Made by a program: the position numbers and the translations under genes
The notes under the pieces: model-generated
What the model was told of the DNA's origin: nothing
The model's input: the letters and a program-made list of their open reading frames with translations, nothing else
Database searches by the model: none
In this document: in pieces, positions 18,298-20,107 of the stretch
How the letters are laid out: every line of letters begins with the position of its first letter
Numbering within the stretch: position 1 is the stretch's first letter
NCBI GenBank assembly: GCA_963827755.1
Contig: CAWHCQ010000008.1
Location: forward strand, 1-20,107
Length of the DNA stretch: 20,107 nucleotides
Direction of reading: 5' to 3'
DNA from: an uncultured Gammaproteobacteria bacterium
GTDB lineage: Bacteria; Pseudomonadota; Gammaproteobacteria; UBA9214

Positions 18298-20104
18298 CTA
18301 TTTAATAAAGCGGATGCTGTCGAGGTAAACGTTAACCGATGTGTTCTGCCCGCTGAGGGTCACCACGAAGCCCGTCTTGATGCTCGACAGGTCGAGCTCC
18401 TTCAGGGGAATACGGTAGCGCTGCCACTCGCTCTTCAGGGCGACGTCCTCGATCTTCGTCTTGCCCGAATCGGGGTGCGCCTTGTCCGCTTCGAGCAGTC
18501 CGACACCGATGCTGATCCGCTCGAAACCGTATTCTCCCCGCGCCCACAGTTCCAGATGCGTCGCGCCGCTGAGGTCAAAGCCGCCTTCCTGCTCGCCCCA
18601 GTTGTTGGCGGGGTGCTGCCAGGCAACGCCGACCCAGTCGCCGACCTTGCCGGTGAAGCGCATCTTGATGCAGGCCTTGCCCTCGTGCGGGTTGTCCGCG
18701 TGCTCGCCGTCCAGGGTCAGCGAATCGTACGACACCCATCCACCCGGAAGGGGCCCAGGGCATGCCCTCGAAGCCGTCCGCGTAGACGTAAAACGGCAGC
18801 GGCGTGCGCACCTCCCCCTTCACCAGCAGCGGCACATTGGCCGTCGCCGCATTGCCCGCCGCGTCGTAGGCATAGAGGAACAGCCGATACGGCCCGGGGT
18901 ACTCGGGCATACGCACTCGAGCGCCGTTGCTGCGGCCCTCGAGAATCGCGCCTTCCACTTCGGGCAGCATCGGCCGAAAGTCACCGCCGGTCGCGTAGTC
19001 GCCGGACTCGCGCCGCAACACCCAGCGCACGCGGATTACCGAGTCTTCGGGATCGGCAATGACGGCGCGCACGCGCACCTCGTCGCCCGGTTCCACCTGC
19101 GGTTCACCCTCGATGATCAAGGGCTGGACCGTGGGTGCGCGGTCCTTCGGCGCGCTGCCGGACCAGAGTTCGGTCATGGTGTCGACCGCACCGACCCGGG
19201 CGCCATCTTCAAGGAACATGCCGAACCAGGTCGCGGTCGCTTCCATCTTGTAGCCCCAGGTAAAGACGTACGAACCAAGCGCAAGACCGGGCGCGCCAAG
19301 CACCGCGCGCTCGTAGCTGCTGCCGGTAGAACGCCGCCTTCTCCGTGCTTGTCAGTTCATAGGGAGCGCCCCAGTCGCTCTTGGCAACCTCCCACGACCC
19401 GGGCGGCCCGAACTCGGTAAGCACAAAAGGCTTGGTCCCACCGCCCTTGCGGTAGCGCTCCGGAACAGACTACGGCGCCGCCGTAAGAGTTGATGCCGTG
19501 GATGTCGATGGCCGGGCACGCTTGTGCACGTACTCGATGCGCTCGCCGCCGACTCGGCGGTGACGGTCATGGTCGGGTGTGCGGATCGAGCTCCTTGACC
19601 ATGGCGGCGATGTCGTTCACCGCCTTCCAGATGGCCGGGTTGTCGCCGTCCTCGAAGCCTTCCATCTCGTTGCCGATACCCCACAGCAGGACTGCCGGAT
19701 GGTCCTTGTAGCGCAGCACGGTCTCGCGGGCTCGCTCCAGCTGTTCGCGCGACCTGGGTCTTGTCGTTGTAGTCGAAGCCGTGGCGTTCGTGGCCGAGCC
19801 AGATGCCGACGGTCACGGACAGGCCAAGGGCATGCGCCTCGTCGAGACGCGCGCCGATGTCATCGCCGCCCCAGGTGCGCACCGAGTTCGCGCCCGCGGC
19901 CGCCAGCTGCTCCAGCGAGGCGCTGCCGCCGGCGCCACGGATGAAGTACGGCTCACCGTCGCGCAGCAGCTGCCAGCCCTGCCCTGTCTGGCGCAGTTCC
20001 ACCGGGATGGCCTTTGCCGATACGGCCGCAGGCCACAGCGCCAGCACAGCGGTTAACAGGAGCAACGCGCGTGCGGTTGTCTGCAAGGGATTCCTGCAAT
20101 ACAT
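18298..20104 (-). CDS. Secreted clan GH-A glycoside hydrolase (GH2 TIM-barrel-like, possibly GH158) with Ig-like and C-terminal CBM-like domains; several frameshifts
   Basis: Signal peptide; GEPYFIRGAGG, GANSVRTWG, WGIGNEME (acid/base, read in another frame) and LTEFGP (nucleophile); C-terminal beta-sandwich WVGVAW...YLDSIRF; pieces in ORFs 19352, 19209, 18575 and 18298. The start is at the window edge and uncertain. Confidence 0.75.
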
Positions 20105-20107
20105 TGG

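Overview
Proteobacterial-looking (probably Gammaproteobacterial) window with many single-base frameshifts that look like long-read indel errors. Left to right it contains: a small basic ORF and a Na/Pi cotransporter; a gnd-zwf-opcA-SDR oxidative pentose-phosphate operon; a CysB/Cbl-type LysR regulator divergent from a DsrC/TusE-like protein that lacks the C-terminal cysteines; a GH17 lipoprotein; an FAH-family hydrolase; a 63-aa ORF; a secreted dockerin-like/GH16 multidomain glucanase; phosphoketolase (xfp) convergent with acetate kinase (ackA); two small accessory ORFs, one a Cys-rich lipoprotein; and a clan GH-A (GH2-like, possibly GH158) glycosidase. The most unusual signals are non-coding. 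(1) A fixed-geometry ~54-bp dyad site, GGGTGTCAGAGCAC-N10-wATATn-N10-GTGCTCTGACACCC, recurs at the boundaries of consecutive minus-strand genes from 15.9 to 18.2 kb, like a cassette array. (2) A TA-bounded element with 17-bp inverted ends and GTAG-REPs inside lies between xfp and ackA. (3) The palindrome GCTATATAGC is repeated in four separate promoter regions.
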